Source: Eledone cirrhosa (Eukaryota). From it: DNA of 64,000 nucleotides. The notes beneath the pieces were generated by a model. It saw only the letters and a program-made list of their open reading frames with translations, had not been told where the DNA came from and did not search any database. The DNA lies in contig OZ024744.1 of NCBI GenBank assembly GCA_964016885.1, positions 38,874,001-38,938,000 of the forward strand, given 5' to 3'. This document shows positions 1-12,472 of the stretch, piece after piece (position 1 is the first letter of the stretch; each line of letters opens with the position of its first letter). Both the position numbers and the translations under genes were made by a program.

Positions 1-1184
1 TTCCTGGTGTACCCTCACTTATTTCGTATGTTTTTGATGTAGTGTAGGAGCAATAGTTCTTTTGGATTTATTTTAGCCACACTGCATCTTGGTTTAAATT
101 CTTCTTTTCACCCCATATTTTGCTCCAAAAGGAATCTATCTCTTTCTGGGATGGGGCCTCAGTGACACTTATTATTTTGCCCTTCATATCTCTATAGACT
201 GATGTTTGGTTTCGTCTGAATCTTTTATTAAGCACTTTTCTCTCATCTACCTTCTTCAGGTATCGGCGTTTTTCTCTAACAGCTCTCAATTCTTGTTTGA
301 GGGTGATCAGCTCATATTGAAGAGTTCTGGTTCTACTGTTACCAAACATCGTCTCTATTTTATATTTTACTCTTTGTTGGTGAGGAGTGATTTTTTTGTG
401 TTTGTTTGCATGTAAGGAGCATTGTCACATGTCCTATGTTTTTTCGTAGGTCAGTAATCTTTTTTTCTATTTTAGTTATATATGATGGTATTTTTGGTGG
501 TATTTTGTTCTTGTTAATATCTCTGCTATCACCAAGATAATGCTTCGCAGTCGTTGCTAAGGCATACAAACAGGCGTTGATTTGCCAAAATGTAGGCATA
601 GTTGTTTCAAGGCACTGTTCGACCTGGCTGCTAGGAAGTCTAGTAGCATGGGGACCTGTAGCACATGTTGTTGATTCCATGTTGAACAAACGTCGCTTGT
701 TGGCGTAATTGTTTCGCTGTGAAGTGATTTAGCTCTGGGTGTATTTCGTTCCAATGTAGCTTCATTCTGTTCATATAGCCAATGGAGGTATTGTTTTTTG
801 CCTGTTTATAACAATTAAACAAATCATCATTAAGTTATTATCTCCAAGAGAAATGCAATTTATAATTTCGGTTTCTTCTGTAGCTACAACTGAATAAATT
901 TTGTTTACCTTTCTCGTTGTTGTTTTTCTTCGGTACTTCATTAATGTTGTTGATGTTGTGTTCAGCCATGGTGTTTGTAGCAAATCCTTGTAAAATGAAT
1001 TATGTATTTAGTCAGACATCTCTACGAATTCTAATAAAAGGTATCTTCCGTGGATATAGTTAAAAGAATACCCAGTTATTCAACATGACTGTAGTTGCGG
1101 CATTACTCTCGGAGATAGTATTCATCTTAAATTTAATGAATAGTCTCCGACGCCAAAATGTGTGACTGATTGCGGTGACTGACT
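1..1184 (-). mobile_element. R4/Dong-like non-LTR retrotransposon, 5' part (decayed, runs off window start)
   Basis: Frameshifted minus ORFs with R4/Dong-type N-terminal motifs (GYMNRMKLHWNEIHPE..TAKQLRQQA; FRRNQTSVYRDMK..FWSKIW). About 790-1184 is homologous to 56460-56860. Confidence 0.7.
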
Positions 1185-1530
<346 letters not shown>

Positions 1531-1560
1531 TTTTTTTATTTTTATTTTTTTTTTTTAGTT

Positions 1561-2110
1561 AATTCTATTGACTGATTAATCGCTTAAGTTTATTTTTAAA
1601 ACAACTCGGTCGAGAGCTTAATTCGTTTTGTGCGGTTTTTGCAAATTTTTGCAATGACTACACATGCTGAATTCACTGGCCAAAATAGGGGTTTTCTCCC
1701 CTTTGAACCTCACATGTGCTTTCATAACCTGTGAGATTCTGGCGCACGAAGAACAAAAACCTGTTGAGAAAGCGATGTCTTGTTCGATCATTATACCAAA
1801 AGCTTCTTTTTTATAAGCAGACAATATTATTGATTTAGGTGTTGCAGAAACCCAAATTCGGAGTATTCCATCTTCCCAGGGGATCCGGGTAACTATTTCA
1901 ATCATATCTCATTTTGTTTGACCCGTTTAGTTTGTTCGCCTTTTTGGCTCTAGTGGTTAATGGCTTCTTAAGCATCGTCTCAGTTTGTATGACCTTTTTA
2001 ACTTATGTTTATAGCTCTGGTATCTTCATATCCATGGAGGGCTTGTCTGCACAATACGGAAGTTGCGTTTCGCTAATTTCTACCCGCCGAAATGCGATTC
2101 TCGCTAAATT
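1561..2110. repeat. Unclassified ~550-600 bp interspersed repeat, copy A
   Basis: Shares blocks TGATTTAGG.GT..CAGAAACC and GCCGAAAT(G/A)CGATTCTCG with the reverse complements of 21278-22155 and 63413-64000. Confidence 0.8.
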
Positions 2111-2129
2111 TATATATATATATATATAT

Positions 2130-3975
2130 AGTCGTTATGGAGACAGATTATTACACGACTCTAGTACTCTCAACTCTAGAAAACCAAACATATTATGAAA
2201 AGGCCCAACACTACACACAACAGAAAATAATGAGAAACCTAAAATCCCTAACAACCCTTTACAAAGAAGGCCTTACAGACAACGAATACAACTACATCAC
2301 CAATTTCAAAAGCAGAACCAGCCTCTTTTACTGTATCCCAAAGACACACAAAAGCGAAGTAATAGGTAGGGTCTGCAAGCAAGCCACAGACGTTTACATT
2401 AATATAGCACCTCCTGATGACCTTCAATTAAGACCCATAATAGCAGGTACCACATGTGAAACCCACCGCCTAAGCAACTTTCTAGATATTCTGCTTAAAC
2501 CTTTCCTAAAACACATAAAAAGCTTCATAAGGGACGACCTTGACATGCTCAACCACCTCCCAACAACACTCATTAACGAACATACCCTACTAGTAACCTT
2601 TGATGTCATCAATTTATATTCCAATATCCCACACAACCTAGGTATAGAAGCAATACAATTCTGGCTTGAAAATTTCCCTAGTGAACTCCCACAGCGCATC
2701 CCTAAAGAATTTGTGTTGGAGGGACTCAAATTCATCTTGGAAAACAATTTCTTCGAATTCAATGCCAAATACTACAGACAGAAATCTGGGACTGCCATGG
2801 GCACGAAAGTGGCCCCCTCATACGCCAACCTTGTCATGGGATACTTGGAAACCATTCTCTACCGGAAAGTTCTAGACAAATACGGCAACCACTTCTACCA
2901 ACACATAGAAAAGAACTGGAAGAGATATCTGGACGACTGCTTCATCCTCTGGCATGAAAGTATAGATAGACTGATTGAGTTTAAAACCCTTCTGAATGGA
3001 CTCAACACAAACTTACAATTAACAATGGATTACAGCCATGAACAACTCCCTTTCCTTGACATTCTGATCAAGAAGACAAGCAACAAAATAGAAACAGACA
3101 TATAGTACAAACCCACAGACTCCAAACAATACCTCCCATTCAACCTAGATACACCAAAATGGCAATTCCTAGCCAGAAGGATCTGCACAATAGTTTCAGA
3201 TAAATACACATGCTACACACGACTAGAAGAATTAAAAAACACACTTATCAGCAGAAACTACCCACCATCCCTAGTCAACAATGGATTCCAACGTGCCCTA
3301 AAACTCAACATCCAGGAACTCAGACACCCCAAACCCAGGAATGAACCGCAACAAAAAACTCTACCATACATCTCCACACACAACCCCCTCAACAATGAGG
3401 CATTCGACATCATCCTCCAGAACATTCCTTTACTAAAAAGAGACCCAAGAATGAACAAAATCCTCCAAACACACAACATCATAAAGAGCAAAAGACAACC
3501 TAAATCCATAAAAAACATCCTCACGCAAGCCAAAATCCAACAAACCCTCACAATGAACCCTACAGTAACAAAATGCGGAAGGCCCAACTGTGGCATATGC
3601 ATAAATCTAATATAAGGTTCAACATTCCATTTTAAACAAGGACATTTCACAGTTAAACACAACTTTACATGTGCATCTGAAAACCTAATCTATGTTTTGA
3701 CCTGCTCAGGTTGTCAAGAGCACTACATAGGACAGACAAAAAACAGCCTCCGTCAACGTATGACCGTCCATAAATCACAAATTAAAATACAGGAATACAG
3801 AAAGGTTGCATTTAGTGAACATATCACCAATTGTGCACACAACCAACATCCAAGCTTTCAAATTTTCCCCATTTACAAATTCATAGACAACGCCACTTTC
3901 ATCCATCGTACCAATCAGGAAACATATTTCATTAACAAATTCCAACTTAATGCACTAAACTTCAGACCAAACTAA
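2130..3975 (+). pseudogene. PLE reverse transcriptase + GIY-YIG endonuclease, disrupted
   Basis: PKTHK, RPII, FDVINLYSNIP, QKSGTAMG, RYLDD, LPFLD; linker CGRPNCGIC; ENLIYVLTCSGCQEHYIGQT. Stops at ~3105 and ~3615. Confidence 0.92.
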
Positions 3976-4391
3976 AACTGCAATAAACAATCAAACATTT
4001 ACAAGAGTTACCTCCCTCACATCCTACCTAATCCTTTTTCTTAAATAAATTAAATATCATCCAGCATGAATAGCCTCCCCCTGCATATTAACTCTCTAAA
4101 AAGAGAAATCATATCAAACCCCACTCCACCATTTGCTCCATCATGGAATCATGGATCAACTAAGCACCCTTGCTATATTAACACATTTTGATCTGCTTAA
4201 CTGCAAGAATTATGCCTGTAAATAACATTATTTTTTCCTTCACATTGACTTTTTATGCTCTACATTACGCCCCGTTTTTTCTTTCTTCCTTTTTCCTTTT
4301 CACTTCATAAACCTTGTTTGTAATAACATTATTCTTTCTGCACCATTTCTTTAACATGTGCGACACCACCATTCTACACTAATACATATCA

Positions 4392-4433
4392 CTATCATTT
4401 GATAATGCATAAAAATGCTGAAACCGGTAATAG
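4392..4433 (+). ncRNA. Degenerate minimal hammerhead-like motif in PLE 3' region
   Basis: TTGATAA (variant core)-GCAT aaaa ATGC-TGAAA-CCG-GTA with palindromic ACCGGT helix III. Also present near 29510-29545 (+) and 27530-27565 (-). Confidence 0.35.
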
Positions 4434-5759
4434 ACTATTATTAAATATATAAATAGATAAATAAATGCCATTGTTAATTAATTAATAAATCATTGCGTTT
4501 TAATCAGAAAAAAGAGAGAGAAATAAAAAAGGAAAAAAATATATTTTTCTTCCTAATAATCGTCTCTTTCTCCCTGTTTTCATATATATATATATATATA
4601 TTAAATTCGTTGCAAACCTCTGCTGTTTTTCTACTAGGTAATTTAGTATGTCTTACTAGTTTACCAGCATGAGCTGTGTTTTCTCTTTTTCGTATTTTTT
4701 TCTGGTGAAGGTGAAGGTGAAGGTGAAGGTTTGTAATCGCTGGTATTTGTATCGGTGTCACTGTAACTTTCATTTGAGTCCAGAAGGATGTATGAGCAGG
4801 ATGGCTTATCATGATCTAGTTCTTGTTTTTTGTTTTTATATTCTCTTAGAAGGATGGATTTTCTTTTCACTGTCTATTTTCATTGTAGTATACCCAGCCT
4901 TTCCACAACTCTCAACTTTTCTTAAAATGACAAATCTTCGGCTGCTAACCATATCCCATATCTTTTTGTAATGTCAAACAGATTATTGAAATTCGCAGAG
5001 CCAGGTCTTTTCACTTCTTTTTCCTTTTTTTTTAATTATTTTTTCAATTTTTCGAGGTATTGAAAGTTTGTTGATAGTTGGAAAGCTGAACTTTTCCCAT
5101 AAACTTTCACATTCTCCAGTAATTATTTTAATTCTTTGTTTGGTATTTTTCTCTTCAGCAGCAAGAGTTATATATCTATCAACGATCTGTTGCTCAGTAG
5201 GTAGCTTGCATAATTCGATTAATGAACTTTGAATTTTCGTTTTCTAGATTTCTTTCTCTTCTCAAAATGACAAATATTTTGTGCCCAAATCTTTTCTCTT
5301 TAGCAACTGGATTTTTATACATCTGAAATTTATAATAATAATATAATATAATTATAAATATTAAAATATATTAATAAATATACCTCGCAAATTTTAATTT
5401 ATTCTATTTATGTATTTTATGAATTTTATGAACAGATTAAACTGACAAATAAGTGATGAACAAGCAATAAAGTTGATCCATTAAACAACTTGAAAAAGAA
5501 TACTATATTTCATAAACTGTTAAATTGCACAGTATATTTTTATTACATACACACGTATATTGCATATGTAATTCTATATTAGTTAATTAATGTTAAAGAA
5601 TCTATCTTGTGGAAGAGTTTTTTTTAATTCTAATATTTTTTAACATGCTCACAAGTATTTTCTAGTAAAAGTTCATCTGAAAATGGCATGCTCATTTATT
5701 TTTTTAACAAAAGTGTACTTTAGGAATATGCCTAGTGTAAGTGCTTGTATTTGCATACC

Positions 5760-5935
5760 CATGGGGAGTGATTTCGCGTATGCTTGTGTATGTACGTATA
5801 TGGATGTGTGTATGTATATATTTAATTTCAATTACCTCTGTATTTTATTTACTGTATTCTTAACTCTGAAGCCGAGAATCATTCGGTTTCCTAAATAGAA
5901 TTTTCTTTGCGTGTAATTGTTTTTCACCGCTACAT
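5760..5935 (+). repeat. Fragment of the PLE 3' non-coding family seen at 9680-10020
   Basis: Shared attac.tctgtatt..TTCTTAACTCTG and GCG.GTAATTGTTTTTCACCGCT blocks. Confidence 0.65.
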
Positions 5936-6549
5936 CACTGGTGACAGCTCGCTATATTATACTAAAAGAAGAGAAATAAATAAAGAAATATATAGAAATA
6001 TATATTTTTGTAAATAAGACAATATAACCGTGTGGAAATGGAAGCACCAATTGAAACATAAGTTTTAAATCTCCGAAGCCGTTTATGAAAGTATTGAAGA
6101 AGACAAAAAAACACACTTCGATCTTCCGACGTGGAAGAGGCTCCTATCAGAAGAAACCGTCACCGAATCATCATTTTTCTTACCTGTTGTACAAACCTGG
6201 CTGGACACAGAACACTGCACAAACATTCTAATAGTTCTATAGAGTTATGAAATAATACATATGAATAAGCCATAGATGACGAACATCATTAAGTAATGTC
6301 AGTTTCATGAGGAGATAAAACGCCTCCATCCTTTTGAAGGAAAAAGAAAAAAAGAAAAAATGATTATAAATCCTGGAAAACTGTAAGTCCGGTTTGAAAA
6401 AAAAAAAAAAAAAAAAAATTACAAGGGATTCACACTCCAAATTCCTTTTACTTTGCTCCACTTTTCAAATTAAATGACACGACGGTTCAGTTATATTCAA
6501 ATATTGTAAGCGCGTGCATTGAGAATATCGTCTATGACAAACTGCTCAG

Positions 6550-8522
6550 TTGCTCGCATGTGTGCGTGCTGAACTCTGGATCTTTCCGCTGGGAACAACC
6601 CCTTGTTTCCCCCCCCCCCTTTTGTGTACATCCATCCATTCACTCATTCATTTACTGCCATTCTACCTTCCTGTGTCTCCCCTCCATGCAGTCCCTTTTC
6701 GCTCTCGTTTTCTGGCACCTCCATATATATGGGTGAGCTATGTTGCCCTTTTACCAGCACTTTCCCTTCCACCCACACACACCAGCCACCCACCCCTGAT
6801 GCCGCTCGGTGCCCCTGTCCCCGGCGCCACGCCCCATTCCCCACCCCTCCAAATCGACACTTGCAGCACTTGCGGCACCACTAACAAACGGAAGAGGGGC
6901 CGGAACTGTTTGGGGTGCGGTTGCTTCCACCACCTCACCTGCGTTGGCAGGACTCGTCGAACTTCCAATGCCCTCACAGCGTGGAGGTGCAGGAGCTGCC
7001 TCTTTCCCACGTCTTCCCAGCCACGGCCGTCTAGCACACCACCAGATGGGACAGAGAGCTTGCCTGACGCCCGAGCCTCGCTGGTCAACATCGCTCGGCT
7101 CAGGGGGCTCCGGAAGATCCCACTCAGTATCCCGGGTGCCGGTAGCCGATGCCCTCGCTTCCTCGATTGAGAGCGCCCTGGACTCCAATCGAGCCAGTGA
7201 CTGGGAGCGGCTGTTCTATTTCGCCCCACTCGCCATCGGCCTCCCCAGCTCTGGCGCTGACCGGGGCGGCCGGTCAACAGCAGCCTTCGTCAAGGCCAAT
7301 GTCTCGTCATTTGAGCGAGCGCCATATTCCAAGCGTGCCCAGAGACGCCACACACCCCACCCTCAGGTACCCCCTATCCTCCACCCCCGAGGCCAGCGCC
7401 AGGCGTTTGCGTGACCAGGTAAACGCAAAGCTTATCATGGGTGATGTTTCGGCAGCAGTCAGAGTTGTTGCCTCAGAGGACACTGTCCTCCAACCCACCG
7501 AGGAGATCCTGATGCTCTGCGGCTCAAACACCCTGAGCCACCCACTGATCTCAGACTCATACCTCCATCCGACCCCCACCTGCTCCTTGTGGCTACTGAT
7601 GCAGATATCATGTCCGCCATCAGGTCCTTCCCAGCTAGCAGCTGCGGAGGTGTTGATGGTCTCCGACCAGGCCACCTCAAGGAGTTGACTTCCCCCCTCT
7701 CCGCTGAGGCCGGGCGCCGCCTTCTGAGTGCAATTGTGGCGCTCACCAATAGGCTCATTCATGGTGCCCTCGACCCTTACGCCCGAGGCCTCTTTTTTTC
7801 GGCCAGGCTCTCCGCTCTCAGGAAGAAAGAGGGTGGCATACGCCAAGGTGATCTGCTGCAAGTCCGTCACACACGAACTGGGTGAGGAGTTTAGTCCCGT
7901 GCAACTGGGTGTCAGCGTGTCCGGTGGCTGTGAGGAAGCCTCCCATGCAATCAGGCAGTTCTTCAGCAGTTGCCCATCGGTACCGGCATCCAGGGACTCC
8001 AGGCATCTCATTGTCAAGCTTGACATGAGGAATGCCTTTAACTCTTTACGCCGGGATCATCTGCTCGAGGCCTGCCTCAGCCGAGCCCCCTCTGACTACC
8101 CGCTGGCCTACCTGTCATATGGAGCCCCGAGAATGCTCCTAGCTGCTGATACGGTCATACCCTCGGCTACTGGGGTCCAATAGGGCGACCCTTTGGGACC
8201 CCTCCTGTTCGCGTTTGGTATTGACCACATCACCCGGAGTATCACGGCCCCTCTCAACGTTTGGTATCTGGATGATGCTACGTTGGGCAGGCCCGTACAG
8301 ACGGTCTGCCAAGACCTTCAATCGGTGATTCCTGCCCTGGCGGGAATCGGCCTCCAGGTCAACTTGGCCAAGTCGGAAGTGGTGAACGTCAGCCTCGATG
8401 CTGCGAGCTTTGCAGCCTCCGTCTTAGACGTGCGGTCCATTCTCCGCCAGGTTCAGGTGAACCCCAAAGAGGATGTCCTCATCCTCGGGTCACCGATCCA
8501 CCCGCCGGCCATCCGCTCCACC
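6550..8522 (+). mobile_element. CRE-like non-LTR retrotransposon remnant with N-terminal PHD-type finger
   Basis: GC-rich island. CSTC..CLGCGCFHHLTC..WRCRSC; GVDGLRPGHL, KKEGG, QLGVSVSGGCE, KLDMRNAFNS, GVQ*GDPLGPLLF, WYLDD. Frameshifted and truncated at the PLE junction. Confidence 0.85.
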
Positions 8523-9620
8523 ATCACATATACAATCAATAACATATACAATCAAATATACGTACGAGAAAGTATACGTACCTTCACAAAACATACAGGT
8601 AATATATACTTACCTATACAAATAAGTAATGGTATAAACATAACATATACTTAGCTACCACATCAAGACGTAAAATATCCGCGTATAGATCGTACTATCC
8701 GTTGGGGTATAATGTGGGACTGTAATAAGGAAAGTGTTGTGCAATTTATGTTTACAAGCCGAAATTGCCTCAGATTTTTTGTTTAAGATGTGGTCTGTGG
8801 CGTAGAGTATTTCCAGGGCACAGCGGCGCAGAGGTCACATGGTCTTTTATTTCCGTTATACGATCTAGCCCTAGCTAGGATCTCCCAATGAAAATTATAT
8901 TGAGTGTGGTTGTCTTTTAGACTCCAGATATAAGCTGAAAGTCACGTCATGTTCCTTCTTAGAGGGTAACGAAAAGAATGGGTATGCATGTAAAGACGCT
9001 ACTTGAATCTATTGGCGGTTAACTCTATGTAGGCCCTACGGGACGTGGGTGTTTCAACCTTACATTTGTAGACAATGTTACTAGAGAGGCATTTCCCGGA
9101 TAGGGGGCAGTCAACCCGATTCCTACAATTACAGTTAGTACTAGCTACAGGGTTGCATGTGTTCCTACGGCTAGGTAATTTAGCTAAATTTGAAGCTGTG
9201 ATGTTATGTGCAAGGTTAGGAGTCGTAGAGTAAGAAATGTTAATAGTATTTCTATTAAAAATGTTACTATATTAATGTGTAGGGGGGAAATGCTTCGTAA
9301 TAAGGGAGAGAAAGATCTTAGCTAATGGTGGCGCCACCTCCATATTATATGGTGGGTTAAACCAACAAATGCGACGGGATCTATTTCTTCTAGGTCTATT
9401 CTCGTACTCTGTATATGCTACCTTATCGACAAATCCACTCCGAGCAAGAGCTTCATTGTAATATGTGGAATGGTCGTTGAAAATATACTCGTTAGTAGAT
9501 AGACAAGAAAGCCTCAAAGAAACGTTACTTACCAGGTTCTTGGTTATGCTGGCAGGATGGTTAGCATGCTTACTTATGTAATTAAGCGTACCATTCGGCT
9601 TTCTATACCGGTAATACAAG
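8523..9620 (-). mobile_element. Penelope-like element (Naiad-type), RT thumb + GIY-YIG fragment
   Basis: YRKP..HANHP..RRICWFNPPY..KHFP; manual translation beyond the stop gives CNCRNRVDCPLSGKCLSSNIVYKC (CxCx5C linker) and CDLC. Confidence 0.85.
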
Positions 9621-10322
9621 CCATTGTATATGTTATGGCGTATATTTTATATATTCTGGTACATATGCTTTTGGTTATGTGTATACGTAAGTTTTGATAC
9701 GTATATTTGATTGTTTGCGTGTATGTATTTCTTTCTTTCTATTACTTCTGTATTGTATTTATTTACTTTGTTCTTAACTCTGTAGCGGAGATTCATTTGG
9801 TCTCCTAGTTAGAATTTTAGTCTACGACTTCTGCTATACCATTTACGTGGTTTTGTCTTTGCGTGCTATTGTTCTCCACGCTCCACATATGACTTATTAT
9901 CTTCGTTTTTTCGTTCATTGCCAAAGAACGTCTCTATGCACCACCTAAGAGAACATTAGTCTACGACCTCTTTTATACCATAAACGTGGTTCTGTTTTTG
10001 CGCGTAATTGTTTTTCACCGCTCCTTTTAATGACGTATTATATTCGTTTTTTCCCGTTCTTTGCCAGCGAACGTTTCCACGAACCAAAGTATCGTCTTCC
10101 TGTCTTCCTCCGGTTGCAACGTTTTTTGAAATATCCAGTTCTGCGTTTACAGATTGACTTTGTTAGTTTCAGAAGATCCCGTTAAGGGTGAAAGCAGCGA
10201 TTCTTTGCTTAAACTTTAATCTGTTATTTTAATAAATATTTGCTCTACGGTTCTTATATATTTGATATATATTTATCCTTATCGAGCCCCCTTTGGATTT
10301 TAGTCTTCAATTTTATTATTAT

Positions 10323-10325
<3 letters not shown>
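9621..10325 (+). mobile_element. Inverted 3' non-coding (pLTR-like) arm joined to the 5' end of the preceding PLE
   Basis: 9620-9720 resembles the reverse complement of 8530-8650. Decayed HHR-like CAGAAGA-CCC gttaa GGG-TGAAA at 10170-10200. Ends in (TA)n. Confidence 0.6.
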
Positions 10326-10407
<82 letters not shown>

Positions 10408-12021
10408 GTTTAGAAAAGTTGTTTTGGTAAAAACAGGAGTAAGCAGGAGAAAGCTCTCAACAATCGTAATTTTTGCTGACGATGGAGAATTTTATGAAAT
10501 AAATCTGGAACCTTCCTCAAACTGTACGGACTAACAACATAGTTGTGCTAGTTTTTGCAAGCTTGACCGTGGGAGCCGGGCGTGGCCACACAACAACCCC
10601 AGCGTCAGGCTAACCATGGATATTTTGTTTACACACCTTGAGTCTCTGTGTGTACATATTGCATGCCCCTTCTTCCTTATTCTCTGTTTATATACCTAAT
10701 GTTGTTGTTTTTTTGTGTATTTTTATCCCGTTCTTTTATCATTAAGTTCTCTATATGTGTTCTCGATTTCTTATCTGTTTGTTCCTGTTCCTACTTTCGC
10801 TTCCCGTAAATCTCTTCCATAGCCTAACAGTCCTTTTAATAGTATTGATGCCACTGTAGTTAAAACTGAATGCTACTGTGGTTAGTTGTTTTTTCTGCAC
10901 TGTAATTATTGTTAGCCTTGTACCTTAGAATGATAGAGAGGACTGTATTAACTGTGCATGTATTTGTTTATATATATAAATACCCATCTATATTTCTGTC
11001 TCATTTTTCGCTTCCTCGTTTCAATTGACTTCTATTGTGGTTAGTTTATTTGTCATGGAAGCGTGGCTTTTTCTTGTTGCCGCCGTCACCGTGGTGGGCT
11101 CATCACTGGTGTTGTTGTTGGTGTTACCACTGTCTGGCTCCGGGTAATTGGGTGCTCACTGCCATTGGCTTAATACTAGTATCAATGATACCACCACGAC
11201 TACGACGAAGGGGATAGGTGATGGGCGGTGTTAATGTTTGTTGCCGTTACTATTGTGATTGATGCCACCAATTCTGTGTAACCACCGACCCCAGAACCCC
11301 TTTTATTGCTTTGGCGTTATCGTTGTTATTGACGGCGTGGTGATACCGTCACTACGACTGCTACGGCCTGTGTACACGACACTGGTCTGTGTTTTTGCTG
11401 TTGTTTTCGTTGTTGCTATTGTTGTTGTTGTAACTGTTTACTGTAACTGTTGCTTTCGTTGTTGTTGTCAGTAGGAGTAGTAATATCACTACGACTGATG
11501 CGGCCAGTGTGGACGATATTGGTCGGCGTTTTGTTGTTATTGTCGTTATTGTTGTTGTCGTTGTCGTTGTTGTTGTTGTCTATAGGTGGTTGTCAACAAA
11601 ATATATACCCCACTCTCCCTCAGAGATCCATTTATTACTCCCACTGTCTACTGGGCTTTGGCTACACACAGTTTTTTCGTTGATAGCTTTTTTTAGCAAA
11701 CACGGCAGCTGGTAAACCCTTCAAGGAACTCATATGTCTGCTGGGCACACAAGCATTAGGACGTGTGTTTTTTCCTGCCAGCGACATATCAAAAACATAT
11801 CGGGTATCCATCTGAGGATACCGTTATCATAATCAACAGCAAATGTATGAAGGACATCTCGATTGCATGGATATCCGTGGAAATAATGATAATGATTAAT
11901 CGATATATGTAACCTCAGCATCTTATTTTGTTATTTTATATATATATAAAGTTGTAGTTCCTGTCTGTTTGTTTGTTTGTTCAGGAACTCCTCCTATGGT
12001 TTTGGAGATAGACCCCCATAC

Positions 12022-12472
12022 CCATATATGGCATACGTCAAGACGGGCGGTTTCAAAAGTGAAACTAATTTTTGACAGTTACGTAAGTGATTACTTTCAC
12101 ACACAATGTCATTATTTAAAAAAAAAACATACAATTGTGTACATGCATATATATATACATCTACAAATTCATACAAATGTGTATGTGTGCATAAATATAT
12201 ATATACATACACATATATATACAGACACATATATATACACACAAACACACATATATATACACACAAACACTTATATACACACAAACATATATATACGTCT
12301 AAACCCATGCTTGCGTGGAAGATAGACGTTAAACGATGATGATGACACAAACACATATATATATACAAACACACATATATATATATACATACACACACAC
12401 ATATATATACACACATGTCAAAAATTAGTTTCACTTTTGAGACCGCCCGTCTTGACGTATGTCCCCATATAT
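12022..12472. repeat. ~55-bp inverted repeat around a microsatellite-rich spacer
   Basis: CATACGTCAAGACGGGCGGTTTCAAAAGTGAAACTAATTTTTGACA versus near-identical reverse complement at 12416-12465. Confidence 0.85.
12298..12345 (+). mobile_element. 3' tail of RTE-mobilised octopus-type SINE
   Basis: CCCATGCTTGCGTGGAAGATAGACGTTAAACGATGATGATGA. Confidence 0.6.

Larger units (their letters stand above)
2130..4590 (+). mobile_element. Penelope-like element (Neptune-type), 5'-truncated, with 3' non-coding region, flanked by (TA)n
   Basis: RT and GIY-YIG coding region followed by ~600 bp non-coding tail. A second copy lies at 27335-29740. Confidence 0.92.

Noticed and set aside
10405-11070. LTR-like segment (TG..CA followed by TGGAAGCGTGG)
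   Set aside because: No partner LTR, TSD or gag/pol; the PBS match is imperfect
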